From NCBI GenBank assembly GCA_037189525.1, contig JBBCJC010000001.1, positions 768,001 through 832,000 of the forward strand: 64,000 nucleotides of DNA. The letters are read 5' to 3'. The notes beneath the pieces are model-generated. The model was not told where the DNA came from. It searched no databases and saw only the letters and a program-made list of their open reading frames with translations. Source of the DNA: Gemmatimonadales bacterium (lineage in GTDB: Bacteria > Gemmatimonadota > Gemmatimonadetes > Gemmatimonadales > GWC2-71-9). How positions within the stretch are numbered: position 1 is the first letter of the stretch; every line of letters begins with the position of its first letter. Positions 36,293 to 46,185 of this stretch are shown here, piece after piece. The position numbers were made by a program, and so were the translations under genes.

Positions 36293-37348
36293 GTGACGTC
36301 CCGCATCCCTGTTGCCATTCTCGGTGCCACCGGCACCGTCGGCCAGAAGCTGATTCGCCTGTTGGACAACCATCCCTGGTTCGAAGTCGCCGTGCTCACG
36401 GCCTCCGATGCCAGCGCCGGGCGCCCCTACGCCGAGGTGGTGCGCTGGCGCGAGTCTACGGAGCTGCCGGAACGGGTCGGCAAGCTGGTGATCCAGTCGA
36501 GCACCACCGCCGCCGATGTCCCGCTCGCATTCTCCGCGCTCGACACCCAGGCCGCGGTCACCATCGAACCGATCTGGGCCAACGCGGGTGTGGTGATCGT
36601 CACCAACGCCAGCCCGACCCGGATGGACCCCGATGTCCCGCTCGTGGTGGCCGAGATCAACCCGGAGCACATCGGCCTGCTGCCGCATCAGCGCACCAAG
36701 CGTGGGTGGCCCGGCGCGATCGTCGCCAACCCGAACTGCACCACGACGGGATTGGTCCTTGCCTTGGCTCCGCTACATGCGCAGTTCGGGATCGACCGCC
36801 TGGTGGTGTCGACCATGCAAGCCATCTCGGGCGCCGGCTGGCCGGGAGTGGCGTCGCTCGACATTACCGGCAACGTGGTGCCCTACATCGGCGGCGAGGA
36901 GGAAAAGGTCGAGAGCGAAACCCGGAAAATTCTGGGTCGGTTCGACGGCACTGCGATTGCCGAGGCGCCCGTGATCGTGAGCGCGCACACCAACCGCGTA
37001 CCGGTCATCGATGGGCACACCGAAACGGTGTCGATCGGATTCACCAGGCGGGTGTCGCCCGAAGAAGTTCGTGAGGCGCTGGCCTCCTGGCGTCCGGATC
37101 CGCGGATCCAGGCGCTGCCGTCGACGCCAGATTATCCCGTCGTGGTCGACGACCGCCCCGATCGGCCGCAGCCGCGGCTCGATATCGAACGGGGACGCGG
37201 CATGACGGCGACGGTCGGACGCATCCGCCCCTGCCCGGTCTTCGACATCCGCTTCGTCGTGCTGAGCCACAACACGGTTCGCGGCGCGGCGGGCGCCACC
37301 ATTCAGAACGCTGAACTGCTGGTCAGCGAAGGGATCGTGGCGCGATGA
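36293..37348 (+). CDS. asd: Aspartate-semialdehyde dehydrogenase
   Basis: GATGTVGQ, NPNCTT, QAISGAG, HNTVRGAAG; GAGGAG RBS. Confidence 0.96.
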   Translation: MTSRIPVAILGATGTVGQKLIRLLDNHPWFEVAVLTASDASAGRPYAEVVRWRESTELPERVGKLVIQSSTTAADVPLAFSALDTQAAVTIEPIWANAGVVIVTNASPTRMDPDVPLVVAEINPEHIGLLPHQRTKRGWPGAIVANPNCTTTGLVLALAPLHAQFGIDRLVVSTMQAISGAGWPGVASLDITGNVVPYIGGEEEKVESETRKILGRFDGTAIAEAPVIVSAHTNRVPVIDGHTETVSIGFTRRVSPEEVREALASWRPDPRIQALPSTPDYPVVVDDRPDRPQPRLDIERGRGMTATVGRIRPCPVFDIRFVVLSHNTVRGAAGATIQNAELLVSEGIVAR

Positions 37349-38682
37349 TCATCGCCAAGTTCGGCGGCACCTCGGTTGCCGATGCCGCCGCCATCAAGCG
37401 CCTGGTGAGCATCATCGCCTCGCGCCGCGAAGAACGGCCGGTCGTCGTGGTCTCGGCGCTGGCCGGCATGACCGACGCGCTGCTCGATCTCGAACATGCC
37501 GGGGCCACGATCGAGCCTCGTCTTGCCGCCATCCTGGAGCGTCACCGGACCGTGGCCGCCGAACTGGCGCTCCCCGCCGCGGTGATCGGTCGGATCGAGG
37601 ACGACATTCTGGCGCTCCGGCAGTGGCTCCTGGTCCGCACCGGTAGTCCCTGGCGACCGTTCGAATCGGATCACGTCGTGAGTCACGGCGAACTCTGGAG
37701 TTCGCGACTGGTGGCCGCCGCGCTCGAAACGGCATGGGTCGCCAGTACCTGGATCGATGCGCGTCACGTCGTCGTCACCGACGCCCGGTTCACCAAAGCG
37801 GCACCCCAGATCGACGAGATCCGGCGCCGCGCCCGACAGATCATTCTCCCGCCGACCGACACCGGCATCGTGCCCGTGACCCAAGGGTTCATCGGCGCCA
37901 CCGCCGACGGCCAGACCACCACGCTGGGACGCGGCGGGTCCGATTACACCGCCTCTCTGCTGGGCGCCGCACTCGACGCCGCGCGGGTCGAAATCTGGAC
38001 CGATGTCGATGGCATCCTCTCGGCCGACCCGCGGATCGTGCCCGATGCGCACCTGCTGGCAGAAGCCAGCTATCACGAAGCCGCGGAGCTGGCGGCGTTC
38101 GGTGCCAAGGTGCTGCACCCCGCGACGCAGTCGCCGCTGGTCGACGCCGGGATTCCCTGCTGGGTTCTCAACTCGTTCGCACCCGAACGGCCGGGCACCC
38201 GCATCGTGGCCGGCGCGCGACCGACCTTCGTGGGGAACTCGCCGGTGCGCTCGATTGCCTGGAAGCGCGGCATCACAATCATCAACGTGCGGGCGCCCCG
38301 CCGGCTCGGCGCGGTCGAGTTCCTGCAGCAGCTGTTCGGCGTCTTTGCCGCTCATAGCGTGGCGGTCGACGTGCTGGCATCGAGCGAAGTCAACGTCTCC
38401 GTCACCATCGATGGCAGCAGCGAGCGGACCGGCCTGCTCCGGGATCTGCAGAATCTGGGCACCGTGACGGTCCTCGACGGCCGAGCCATCGTGGCAGTCA
38501 TCGGGGTCGACCTGCGAGGCAGCCGAGGACTCTCGGCCCGCTTGTTCCACGCGGTGCGTGACGTCAACATTGAGGTGATCTCGCAGGGAGCCTCGGAGAT
38601 CAACGTCACCTTCGTGGTCCGCGAAGAGGACGGGCCAGCGGCGGTCAAGGCACTCCACCGGGAGTTCTTCTCCGCCGCCTGA
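37345..38682 (+). CDS. lysC: Aspartate kinase with ACT domains
   Basis: KFGGTSV, VVSA, TLGRGGSDY, WTDVDG, GAKVLHP. Confidence 0.95.
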   Translation: MIIAKFGGTSVADAAAIKRLVSIIASRREERPVVVVSALAGMTDALLDLEHAGATIEPRLAAILERHRTVAAELALPAAVIGRIEDDILALRQWLLVRTGSPWRPFESDHVVSHGELWSSRLVAAALETAWVASTWIDARHVVVTDARFTKAAPQIDEIRRRARQIILPPTDTGIVPVTQGFIGATADGQTTTLGRGGSDYTASLLGAALDAARVEIWTDVDGILSADPRIVPDAHLLAEASYHEAAELAAFGAKVLHPATQSPLVDAGIPCWVLNSFAPERPGTRIVAGARPTFVGNSPVRSIAWKRGITIINVRAPRRLGAVEFLQQLFGVFAAHSVAVDVLASSEVNVSVTIDGSSERTGLLRDLQNLGTVTVLDGRAIVAVIGVDLRGSRGLSARLFHAVRDVNIEVISQGASEINVTFVVREEDGPAAVKALHREFFSAA

Positions 38683-38705
38683 TCGGCTCTGCCCAGGGGG
38701 CGCGC

Positions 38706-39587
38706 GTGCCGGAACTACCGGATATCGCCACGTATGTCGAAGCGCTGGGGGAACGGATTCAGGGCCACGTGCTCCAGGACGTCAGGCTGCGCACGCCGTT
38801 CCTGCTCCGCTCCGTCGATCCGCCGCTCAGCGCCGTGCACGGCAAGCGGGTCGACGCGATCAGGCGGCTCGGCAAGCGGATCGTCCTGGTGTTCGAGGAC
38901 GATCTCTTCCTCGTAATTCACCTGATGATTGCGGGACGGCTCCACTGGAAACCAGCCGGCGCCAAGATCGGCAGCAAGATTTCCCTCGCGGCATTCGACT
39001 TCGACACCGGCACGCTGACACTGACCGAAGCGGGCAGCAAGCGGCGCGCTTCGCTGCACGTGGCACGCGGTGACAACCTGGCGGAGTTCGATCGGGGCGG
39101 GCTCGACCTCTTTACCGCAACGGTTGACGATTTCCGGAACCGCATCCTGGCCGGCAACCACACCTTGAAGCGCGCCCTGACCGACCCCAGGGCATTCGAC
39201 GGCATCGGCAACGCGTTTTCTGACGAGATCCTTCACGCTGCGCGGCTATCACCCCTCAAGCTGACTCGCCGGCTTTCGGACGAGGAGATCACTCGGCTCT
39301 TCGAGGCCTGCCGTTCGGTGCTCCAGACCTGGATCGTCCGCTTCAGGAACGACCGGGCCGGCGACTTTCCCGAGAAGGTCACCGCTTTCCGACCCGAGAT
39401 GGCTGTGCATGGTAGGTTCGGCCAGCCTTGCCCCGACTGCGGCACTCCGGTCCAGCGAATCCGCTACGCCGACAACGAAACCAACTACTGCGCCCGCTGC
39501 CAGACCGACGGCCGCCTCCTCGCGGATCGGGCCATGTCGCGCTTGCTCAAACAGGACTGGCCGCGCTCGATCGACGAGCTCGATTGA
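38706..39587 (+). CDS. Fpg/Nei family DNA glycosylase
   Basis: PELPD N-terminus, GIGNA H2TH, C-terminal CPDC..CARC zinc finger. Confidence 0.9.
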   Translation: MPELPDIATYVEALGERIQGHVLQDVRLRTPFLLRSVDPPLSAVHGKRVDAIRRLGKRIVLVFEDDLFLVIHLMIAGRLHWKPAGAKIGSKISLAAFDFDTGTLTLTEAGSKRRASLHVARGDNLAEFDRGGLDLFTATVDDFRNRILAGNHTLKRALTDPRAFDGIGNAFSDEILHAARLSPLKLTRRLSDEEITRLFEACRSVLQTWIVRFRNDRAGDFPEKVTAFRPEMAVHGRFGQPCPDCGTPVQRIRYADNETNYCARCQTDGRLLADRAMSRLLKQDWPRSIDELD

Positions 39588-39794
39588 TCGACCCCGCGCC
39601 GAGACTCAACCGTTCGGTGCGTTCAATCGCAGTCATCCGGGTCCTCCTCGCTCCTCAGGCTCTGATTTCTAGGGCGAGCGGACCTTTTCAGACCGACACG
39701 AAACTCGTTCCAGTTAGAAACCTTTCCGAATCGCCAGACGTAGGTGGACAAATCCCGGTCCCTTCACGCCCGCACCACCCGAGCTCAAGTGCCC

Positions 39795-42233
39795 ATGTCG
39801 ACCCTGCTTCGCGACCTCAGGCATGCCGTCCGGATGTTGGCCCGACGGCCGGTTTTTACTCTGGTGATCATCGGCACCCTCGCCCTCGGTATCGGACTCA
39901 ATACCGCGGTCTTTTCGGCCGTCGACGCGCTGATCCTCCGCCCGTTGCCCGGCGTCGATCGGCCTAACGACCTGCTCCAGCTCTATCGGAAGTGGCCCGG
40001 ATCGGAGCACGGATCGAACTCCCCGGCGCACTACATCGACGTGCGCGATCGCACCAAGGATGTCTTCTCGAACGTTGCCGCCTGGTCGATCGAAGTGCTC
40101 AACCTCTCGGCCGATGGTCAGCCGAGACGGATTTTCGGAATGATCGCATCGGCCAATTACTTCACGATGCTCGGCGTGGTACCACGTCAGGGCCGACTCT
40201 TCGTGCCGGAAGAAGACGTCGGAGAAGGCGCGCATCGCATCGTCGTCCTGAGCCACAAGGGCTGGGTCGACTCCTTCGGGCGCGATCCGAACGTGTTGGG
40301 GCGCTCCATCCTGCTCAACGGGATCGGCTACACCGTCGTGGGCATTGCCCCCGAAGAGTTCCGGGGCACCATGCCGATCATCACGCCCACCCTGTGGATG
40401 CCCTTCACCCAGATCGCCGAAGCGCGGCCCGGGAGCAACAATTCGTTTCAGACGCGGGGCAACAACTTCCTCAACGTGATCGCGCGACCCGCAGCGGGTG
40501 TTTCGGCCGGGGCAATCCAGGGCAGGCTCGAGGCGGTCAGCCAGCAGCTGCGCGAGGAATATCCGGACAGCTATCGGGATGCGAGCATCAGTATCGTCCC
40601 GCAGTCGGAGGCGGGGTTTCATCCCGAGGTGCGCGACGCCCAGTACGGTTTGACCTCGATCGTCATGGCCGTCGTCGTGCTGCTGCTCCTGATCGCCTGC
40701 GTCAACGTGGCCAACCTCCTGCTGGCGCAAGCGCGGGAGCGGACCCGCGAAATGGCGATCCGCCTGGGACTCGGCGCCAAGCGATCGGTCATCATTCGCC
40801 AGCTCCTGACCGAAAGCGTGTTGCTTTCGATCGTGTCCGGCGCCATCGGTGTCGTGCTCGCCTGGTGGGCCATCGGGCTGGCCAATCAGATTCGCCTTCC
40901 CGTGGTCGTGGACATGACCCCGGGCCTCGAGGTCAACACCACCGTCCTGCTCTTCACGCTCGGCGTGTCGGTGCTGACCGGGCTGGTGTTCGGCCTGGCG
41001 CCCGCGCTGCAGGCAACCCGCCCCGATCTGATACCGGCCTTAAAGGGCGAATCGCCCTCCGGAGGCAGCCGCTCGCGGTTGACCCGCGGTCTCGTGGTTA
41101 CCCAGGTAGCGCTGTCGATCATCCTGCTGGTGTCGGCCGGGCTCTTCCTGCGCAACCTCGAACACGCCACGCAGGTCGACAAGGGTTTTGACAGCAGCAA
41201 CCTCCTGATCGCCGACTTCGACCCCGGCCTGCAGGGCTACTCACGCGCCCGCAGCGAACAATTTTATCAGCAGCTCACCGAGCGGATCAGGGCCAATCCC
41301 GCGGTGGCGGGCGTAGCGCTGATCAACGACGTGCCGCTGGGCATCGGTAACAGCGACTGGGGCGTACAGATCCCGGGCTATATGCCGCAGCCCACCGAGC
41401 GAATGTCGATCGACGTAGCCATCGTGTCTCCCGACTACTTCAGCGTGATGGGCACCCGCCTCACGGCCGGTCGTGAGTTCAGGGCGACAGACGACAGCTC
41501 CGCAGCCCGCGTCATGGTCATCAATCAGCGCTTCGTCGATCGGTTCTGGCCCGGCCAGGATGCGATTGGCCGGACCGTTCGTACCAGCGGGCGCGACTAC
41601 ACCGTGATCGGCGTAGTCCCGACCGGGAAGTATCGCCGACTGGGTGAGCCGCCGACCGCCTTCATGTGGCTTCCCCAGTCGCAGGCCTGGCAATCGGGCA
41701 TGTCGCTGCATATCCGGACCAGCGGCGATCCGCTCGCGCTCTCGTCGCTGGTGCGGAGTGAAGTGGCATCGCTCGATGCCAACCTGCCGGTCAGTAATAT
41801 CCGATCGATGGAGCAGCATCTCGGCATCGCGCTGCTACCCGCGCGGATCGCGGGGAGCGTACTGGGGCTCTTCGGCGTGCTGGGCCTGTTCCTCGCCTCG
41901 ATCGGGATCTATGGCGTGATGTCGGGCGCTGTCGTACAGCGAACCCGGGAAATCGGCATCCGGATCGCGATCGGGGCGGCGGGGAGCGCCATCGTCAGGC
42001 TGCTGGTCCGGGAAGGGCTCGTGCTGGTGGGAATCGGAACCGGAATCGGCCTGGTCGGTGCGCTGGCGGCGTCCCGGCTGATCCGCGGCATGCTCTACGG
42101 AGGTAGCGGAATCGATCCGGCCACGTTCACCGCCGTTCCGCTGATCCTGGGCGCGGTGGCGCTCCTGGCCATCTGGATTCCGTCGCGCCGGGCCTCGACC
42201 GTCGATCCGATCGAGGCGCTGCGCAGGGAGTGA
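39795..42233 (+). CDS. ADOP-type duplicated ABC permease (MacB/FtsX domains)
   Basis: LALGIGLNTAVFS, LLIACVNVANL, RTREIGIRIAIGA, DPIEALRRE. Confidence 0.92.
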   Translation: MSTLLRDLRHAVRMLARRPVFTLVIIGTLALGIGLNTAVFSAVDALILRPLPGVDRPNDLLQLYRKWPGSEHGSNSPAHYIDVRDRTKDVFSNVAAWSIEVLNLSADGQPRRIFGMIASANYFTMLGVVPRQGRLFVPEEDVGEGAHRIVVLSHKGWVDSFGRDPNVLGRSILLNGIGYTVVGIAPEEFRGTMPIITPTLWMPFTQIAEARPGSNNSFQTRGNNFLNVIARPAAGVSAGAIQGRLEAVSQQLREEYPDSYRDASISIVPQSEAGFHPEVRDAQYGLTSIVMAVVVLLLLIACVNVANLLLAQARERTREMAIRLGLGAKRSVIIRQLLTESVLLSIVSGAIGVVLAWWAIGLANQIRLPVVVDMTPGLEVNTTVLLFTLGVSVLTGLVFGLAPALQATRPDLIPALKGESPSGGSRSRLTRGLVVTQVALSIILLVSAGLFLRNLEHATQVDKGFDSSNLLIADFDPGLQGYSRARSEQFYQQLTERIRANPAVAGVALINDVPLGIGNSDWGVQIPGYMPQPTERMSIDVAIVSPDYFSVMGTRLTAGREFRATDDSSAARVMVINQRFVDRFWPGQDAIGRTVRTSGRDYTVIGVVPTGKYRRLGEPPTAFMWLPQSQAWQSGMSLHIRTSGDPLALSSLVRSEVASLDANLPVSNIRSMEQHLGIALLPARIAGSVLGLFGVLGLFLASIGIYGVMSGAVVQRTREIGIRIAIGAAGSAIVRLLVREGLVLVGIGTGIGLVGALAASRLIRGMLYGGSGIDPATFTAVPLILGAVALLAIWIPSRRASTVDPIEALRRE

Positions 42234-42236
42234 TGA

Positions 42237-42479
42237 TTACGCCGGCTGTTTCTTGAGCCAGCGGTAGGCGACGAGGATGACGACGGCGCCGATCACCGAA
42301 CCGATGAAGCCGACGTTGGGGTTCATGCCAAGCACGCCGAAGAGCCAGCCCCCCACGACCGACCCGCCGATGCCGAGCAGGGTCGTGATGATGAATCCGC
42401 CCGGTTCCTTCCCGGATACCAAAAGCTTGGCCACAGTACCGACGATGAAGCCGATCAGGATGGTCCAGAGCAGTCCCAT
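42237..42479 (-). CDS. GlsB/YeaQ/YmgE family membrane protein
   Basis: ILIGFIVGTVAK...LLGIGGSVVGG...SVIGAVVIL. Confidence 0.9.
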   Translation of the reverse strand: MGLLWTILIGFIVGTVAKLLVSGKEPGGFIITTLLGIGGSVVGGWLFGVLGMNPNVGFIGSVIGAVVILVAYRWLKKQPA

Positions 42480-42691
42480 GGTGCCTCCGACAAAATGAGC
42501 GTTCTCGAAAATCGGGGGCCCGATCCGCGACCCCGAAGCCCTTCATACGCGAGAAGGACCGGGATTGTGTCAGGTCAGTCGGCCTGACCGCGATTCGCCG
42601 AGGACTGCAGTAAGTCGCTGAGGGCCATTGGCCCCCACCCTCGCCGATCCGGGCAGTCCCGGTCCGGACTCCAACGCACTATCTCCAATAC

Positions 42692-42767
42692 AATCAATGA
42701 CTTGCCCTCAGTGCCCCAGGTATCCTGGCCGACCGGAACCGGACTCGAAACCGGCACGAGATCTGCT
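42692..42767 (+). promoter_or_regulatory. IHF site plus sigma54 promoter
   Basis: AATCAATGACTTG fits WATCAANNNNTTR; CGGCACG-AGAT-CTGCT fits -24/-12. Confidence 0.6.
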
Positions 42768-42806
42768 CGGATCTACCGGTGCAATTCTCCTCAGAGGGAG
42801 TCCTTC

Positions 42807-43253
42807 ATGAAGCCCAACATCGTGGTGGCGCGGTTCCTGGACGGCCGGATTCTCAAGGGATCGAGTCTCAACGTAGATCCGAGTCGGCCGACCTTCCATC
42901 TTCGCACCGAGGACGGCGAGGCCGTCGTTGTCCGGCTTCAGGACCTGAAGGCGCTCTTCTTCGTCAAAGACCCGGGTGGCAACGCGGAGTTCCAGGAATC
43001 ATTCGAAGCCACCCCGGGCGATGCCCGCCTGGTCGGCGCCAGACGCATCTCCGCCAGGTTCGAAGACGGCGAGACCATCGTCGGGATGACCAACCGATGG
43101 CCGGTGACGGGCGACTCGTTCTTCATGGTACCGATCGATCCGAAGAGCAACAACCTCCGGATTCTGGTCAACCGCACGGCGGTAACGCAGATCGAACGAG
43201 TCGACGCCGGAGCCGCAGTGTCCGCCGCGGCTCCAGTCGTCGGGCAACGCTGA
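42807..43253 (+). CDS. Conserved hypothetical protein (DUF6982-like)
   Basis: VVARFLDGRILKG...LKALFFVKD...F.DGE...P.DPKSNNLRI; GGAG RBS. Confidence 0.75.
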   Translation: MKPNIVVARFLDGRILKGSSLNVDPSRPTFHLRTEDGEAVVVRLQDLKALFFVKDPGGNAEFQESFEATPGDARLVGARRISARFEDGETIVGMTNRWPVTGDSFFMVPIDPKSNNLRILVNRTAVTQIERVDAGAAVSAAAPVVGQR

Positions 43254-43257
43254 CGAC

Positions 43258-44946
43258 TCAGCGAGGCGGCCGCTGAGCGTCGCGCGCCGCCTTGAACTCG
43301 TTGCCGGGCCGCCACTCGGGGAATCGATCGCCCTGAGCCAGCCAGTAGCCGACCATCAGCACCAACTGCAGGTCCTCCACCGCACCGTCCATCCGCCAGA
43401 ACGGTTTGACCTCGTCCGTCGGCTTGTGATAGTCCTCAGCGATGTAATGCTCACGGGCCTTGGTACCGTAGTCCGGCGACTCTCCCACGAAATCGACGCC
43501 GCCATCGGTGTAGAGCGCCGGGACGCCCACCTTGGCAAAGTTGAAGTGATCCGAGCGATAGTAGTAGCCCTTTTCCGGTTCGGCATCCGGACGCACCACC
43601 CGTTTCTGGATCGCGGCCGCCGCCTGCACCTCGTCGTCGAGCTCCGAGGCGCCGAGCCCGATCACCGTCACATCGCTGGTGCGGCCGGCGACGTTGACGC
43701 CATCGACATTGATGTTGGCCACCGTCTTCGCCAACGGATAGAGCGGTCGCTCCGCATAGAACTGTGAGCCCAGCAGGCCCTGCTCCTCGGCGGTCACCGC
43801 CAGCATCAGCACCGAGCGGCGCGGGGGCTGGGGAAGCGCCTTGAAGGCCCTGGCAAAGGCCAGCAGCGCCGCGGTACCGGTCGCGTTGTCCAGGGCGCCG
43901 TTGTAAATCGAGTCGTTGCCGACCTTGGCGCCGATGCCGAAGTGGTCCCAATGTGCCGTGTAGATGACGTACTCGTCCCGACCCGCCGGATCGCTTCCCG
44001 CCAGCTTCGCAACGACGTTCCGGGATTCGACCGTTCGGCGTGCCGACTTGAGGTTCATCGACGCCGTCATGCCGAGCGGGACCGGAGCAAACTCCCGGGT
44101 GGCCGCCCGCGCCTTCAGCTGATCGAAATCCTGCCCGGCAAGCGCAAGGAGCGACTTGGCCTGATCGAGCGTGATCCACGCCTCGATCTTGGACCGGCTG
44201 GCATTGTTGTCCGGCGCAATGATGTTGAACCGCTCGCCGCCCATGCCCTGCACCACGGCAAAGGGATAGCCGGCCGGCTCCGTCTCATGCACCAGGATCA
44301 CGGCATCGGCGCCATGCCGCATTCCCTGCTCGTACTTATAGGTCCAGCGGCCATAATAGGTCATGGCCTTGCCGCCGAACACCGTGGAGTCGAGCCCGCT
44401 CGGGTTCTTGGGATCGGGAACGGGCGGATCGTTGACCAGCATGACCAGCGTCTTGCCCTTGGCGTCGAGCCCCTTGAAATCGTCCCACTCGTACTCGGGC
44501 GCCTGGACCCCGTAGCCGACGAACACCATCTCGGAATTGCGGATGGACACATCCGTCACGTGACGGGTCCAGCCGACCACGTCGTCCCGGAACCGAAGCG
44601 TCCGCGACTGGGCGCCCCGCCGGACCACCAGGGTCGAATTCGGATCAGGGGTGATGCCAACCAGGGGGACTTTCTGGATGAAGCTGCCATCCGGGTTGCC
44701 CGGCTCGAAGCCGATGGCGCGGAACTCCCGTTCGAGAAACTCGACCGTCCGATCCTCGCCGAGCGTGCCGGGACCGCGGCCCAGGAAGGCGTCGGACGCC
44801 AGAATCTTGATGTCGGCGAGCAGTTGGTCTCCCGAAATGGCGTTCAGGGCCGCCTCGGGAACCGTCGGCCGCGCTGGGCCTGAGCCGTCAGCCTTGGGGC
44901 CGCACCCCACCAGCGCCAGAACTACCGCCGCACTCAGTATTCGCAT
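43258..44946 (-). CDS. M28 family peptidase lipoprotein with PA domain
   Basis: LVGC lipobox, AHWDH, GALDNATG, AEEQGLLGS, RSDH, YHKPTD. Confidence 0.92.
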   Translation of the reverse strand: MRILSAAVVLALVGCGPKADGSGPARPTVPEAALNAISGDQLLADIKILASDAFLGRGPGTLGEDRTVEFLEREFRAIGFEPGNPDGSFIQKVPLVGITPDPNSTLVVRRGAQSRTLRFRDDVVGWTRHVTDVSIRNSEMVFVGYGVQAPEYEWDDFKGLDAKGKTLVMLVNDPPVPDPKNPSGLDSTVFGGKAMTYYGRWTYKYEQGMRHGADAVILVHETEPAGYPFAVVQGMGGERFNIIAPDNNASRSKIEAWITLDQAKSLLALAGQDFDQLKARAATREFAPVPLGMTASMNLKSARRTVESRNVVAKLAGSDPAGRDEYVIYTAHWDHFGIGAKVGNDSIYNGALDNATGTAALLAFARAFKALPQPPRRSVLMLAVTAEEQGLLGSQFYAERPLYPLAKTVANINVDGVNVAGRTSDVTVIGLGASELDDEVQAAAAIQKRVVRPDAEPEKGYYYRSDHFNFAKVGVPALYTDGGVDFVGESPDYGTKAREHYIAEDYHKPTDEVKPFWRMDGAVEDLQLVLMVGYWLAQGDRFPEWRPGNEFKAARDAQRPPR

Positions 44947-45138
44947 TCCCGATTCCTCATGAATTTTCGCCCGCAACCGGCGCTTACGCCGACTGCTCTC
45001 GGACAACGTGGGTTTCGTATGAAAGCCGGTGACAACCGCCCGGTCGTCTTTCAATAGTACTGCTCAACCGGGAGGGGCCCAAGACGCGTTCTGAACCGCC
45101 GAACTGTCCTGTCGCTGCGAATGAGGTATGCTTGAGAG

Positions 45139-45543
45139 ATGACCGCCCGTCGCCAGAAGGACAAACCGCCGGCCTCGACCCGGCAGGCGAAGCCCGGCTC
45201 GTCCAGCTACGCCACGATCTACGCCGCCGTGCGCCGAATCCCGCGCGGGAAGGTGATGAACTATGGCGCTGTGGCGACGCTCGCCGGACTGCCTGGTCAC
45301 GCCCGCCAGGTGGGCTACGCGATGCACGCCCTGCCGGCGGGCACCACGGTACCCTGGCATCGCGTGGTCAATGCGCAGGGAGCGATCAGTCGCCGCGCGC
45401 ATCCCGGCAGCGAATTGACCCAGCGCGTCCTGCTCGAACGGGAGGGTGTGCGATTCAACAGCGCCGGTCGGATCGACCTCGAAACCTACGCCTATCGTCC
45501 CGGGCGACGGACATCACGGAAGCGACCCGGCAAAACCGGCTAA
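45139..45543 (+). CDS. Alkyltransferase-like protein (MGMT family, Atl/YbaZ type)
   Basis: IPRGKV..YG, ARQVG, PWHRVV (Trp replaces the catalytic Cys). Confidence 0.9.
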   Translation: MTARRQKDKPPASTRQAKPGSSSYATIYAAVRRIPRGKVMNYGAVATLAGLPGHARQVGYAMHALPAGTTVPWHRVVNAQGAISRRAHPGSELTQRVLLEREGVRFNSAGRIDLETYAYRPGRRTSRKRPGKTG

Positions 45544-46038
45544 CCAGCTCCAGACACCCTGAAACACGGTCACGGCCGCCCAGACCACGCCGACCACCGT
45601 CCCCAGCACGCCCGCGGTCACCGCACCAAGCAGCAGGGCGCTCCGCCGCCGAGTCCGGCGTGGAGCCAGACGCCATGACTCGAGCAGGTCGAGGTTCCGC
45701 CGGTTGGCCTTCCAGCCGATGTCGAACAGGTCGCCGAGCAGGGGAACCAGCCCGACCAGGGCGTCGACCCCGATATTGAAAAGCATCCGGCCGGCAATCG
45801 GGACCCCAACGCCCAGCCGGATCGAGGCAAGCACCAGATACGCGCTGACGACGGCCCCGGCAGCATCTCCGATACCCGGGATCAGACCGATCAGGCCGTC
45901 GAGCCCGATCCGGATACCCGTCCCCGGGATGGCAACGGCCTCGTCCATGAACCGCACCAGGGTCCGAAGCCGCTCTACCTCGCGCTCCTCGGCCTCGCCC
46001 GGCTCCGCCAACCCCTGCCCCGTGTCATCGATCGCCAT
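45514..46038 (-). CDS. DUF4112 family membrane protein
   Basis: MDEA..IPGT..RIGLDGLIGLIPGIGD...GDLFD..WKAN. Confidence 0.88.
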   Translation of the reverse strand: MAIDDTGQGLAEPGEAEEREVERLRTLVRFMDEAVAIPGTGIRIGLDGLIGLIPGIGDAAGAVVSAYLVLASIRLGVGVPIAGRMLFNIGVDALVGLVPLLGDLFDIGWKANRRNLDLLESWRLAPRRTRRRSALLLGAVTAGVLGTVVGVVWAAVTVFQGVWSWLAGFAGSLP

Positions 46039-46147
46039 AGCTGTCTCCCCCGTGCCCGCTGAATTGTAGCGGTCACGCCGGAACATGCGGACCTCCGGCG
46101 TCTGACAACCAGTCCCGAAACCGTCACCCCTGGTCGAAGGGGGCAAA

Positions 46148-46185
46148 TTGACAGGTCTGACTAGACTAGTCATGTTGATAACATG
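46148..46185 (+). promoter_or_regulatory. Toxin-antitoxin promoter with palindromic operators
   Basis: TTGACA at 46148; TGACTAG-A-CTAGTCA and CATGTT-GAT-AACATG, the latter ending in the ATG. Confidence 0.65.

Noticed and set aside
45139..45543. MGMT with a mutated catalytic Cys as a novelty or pseudogene
   Set aside because: PWHR is the known signature of alkyltransferase-like proteins
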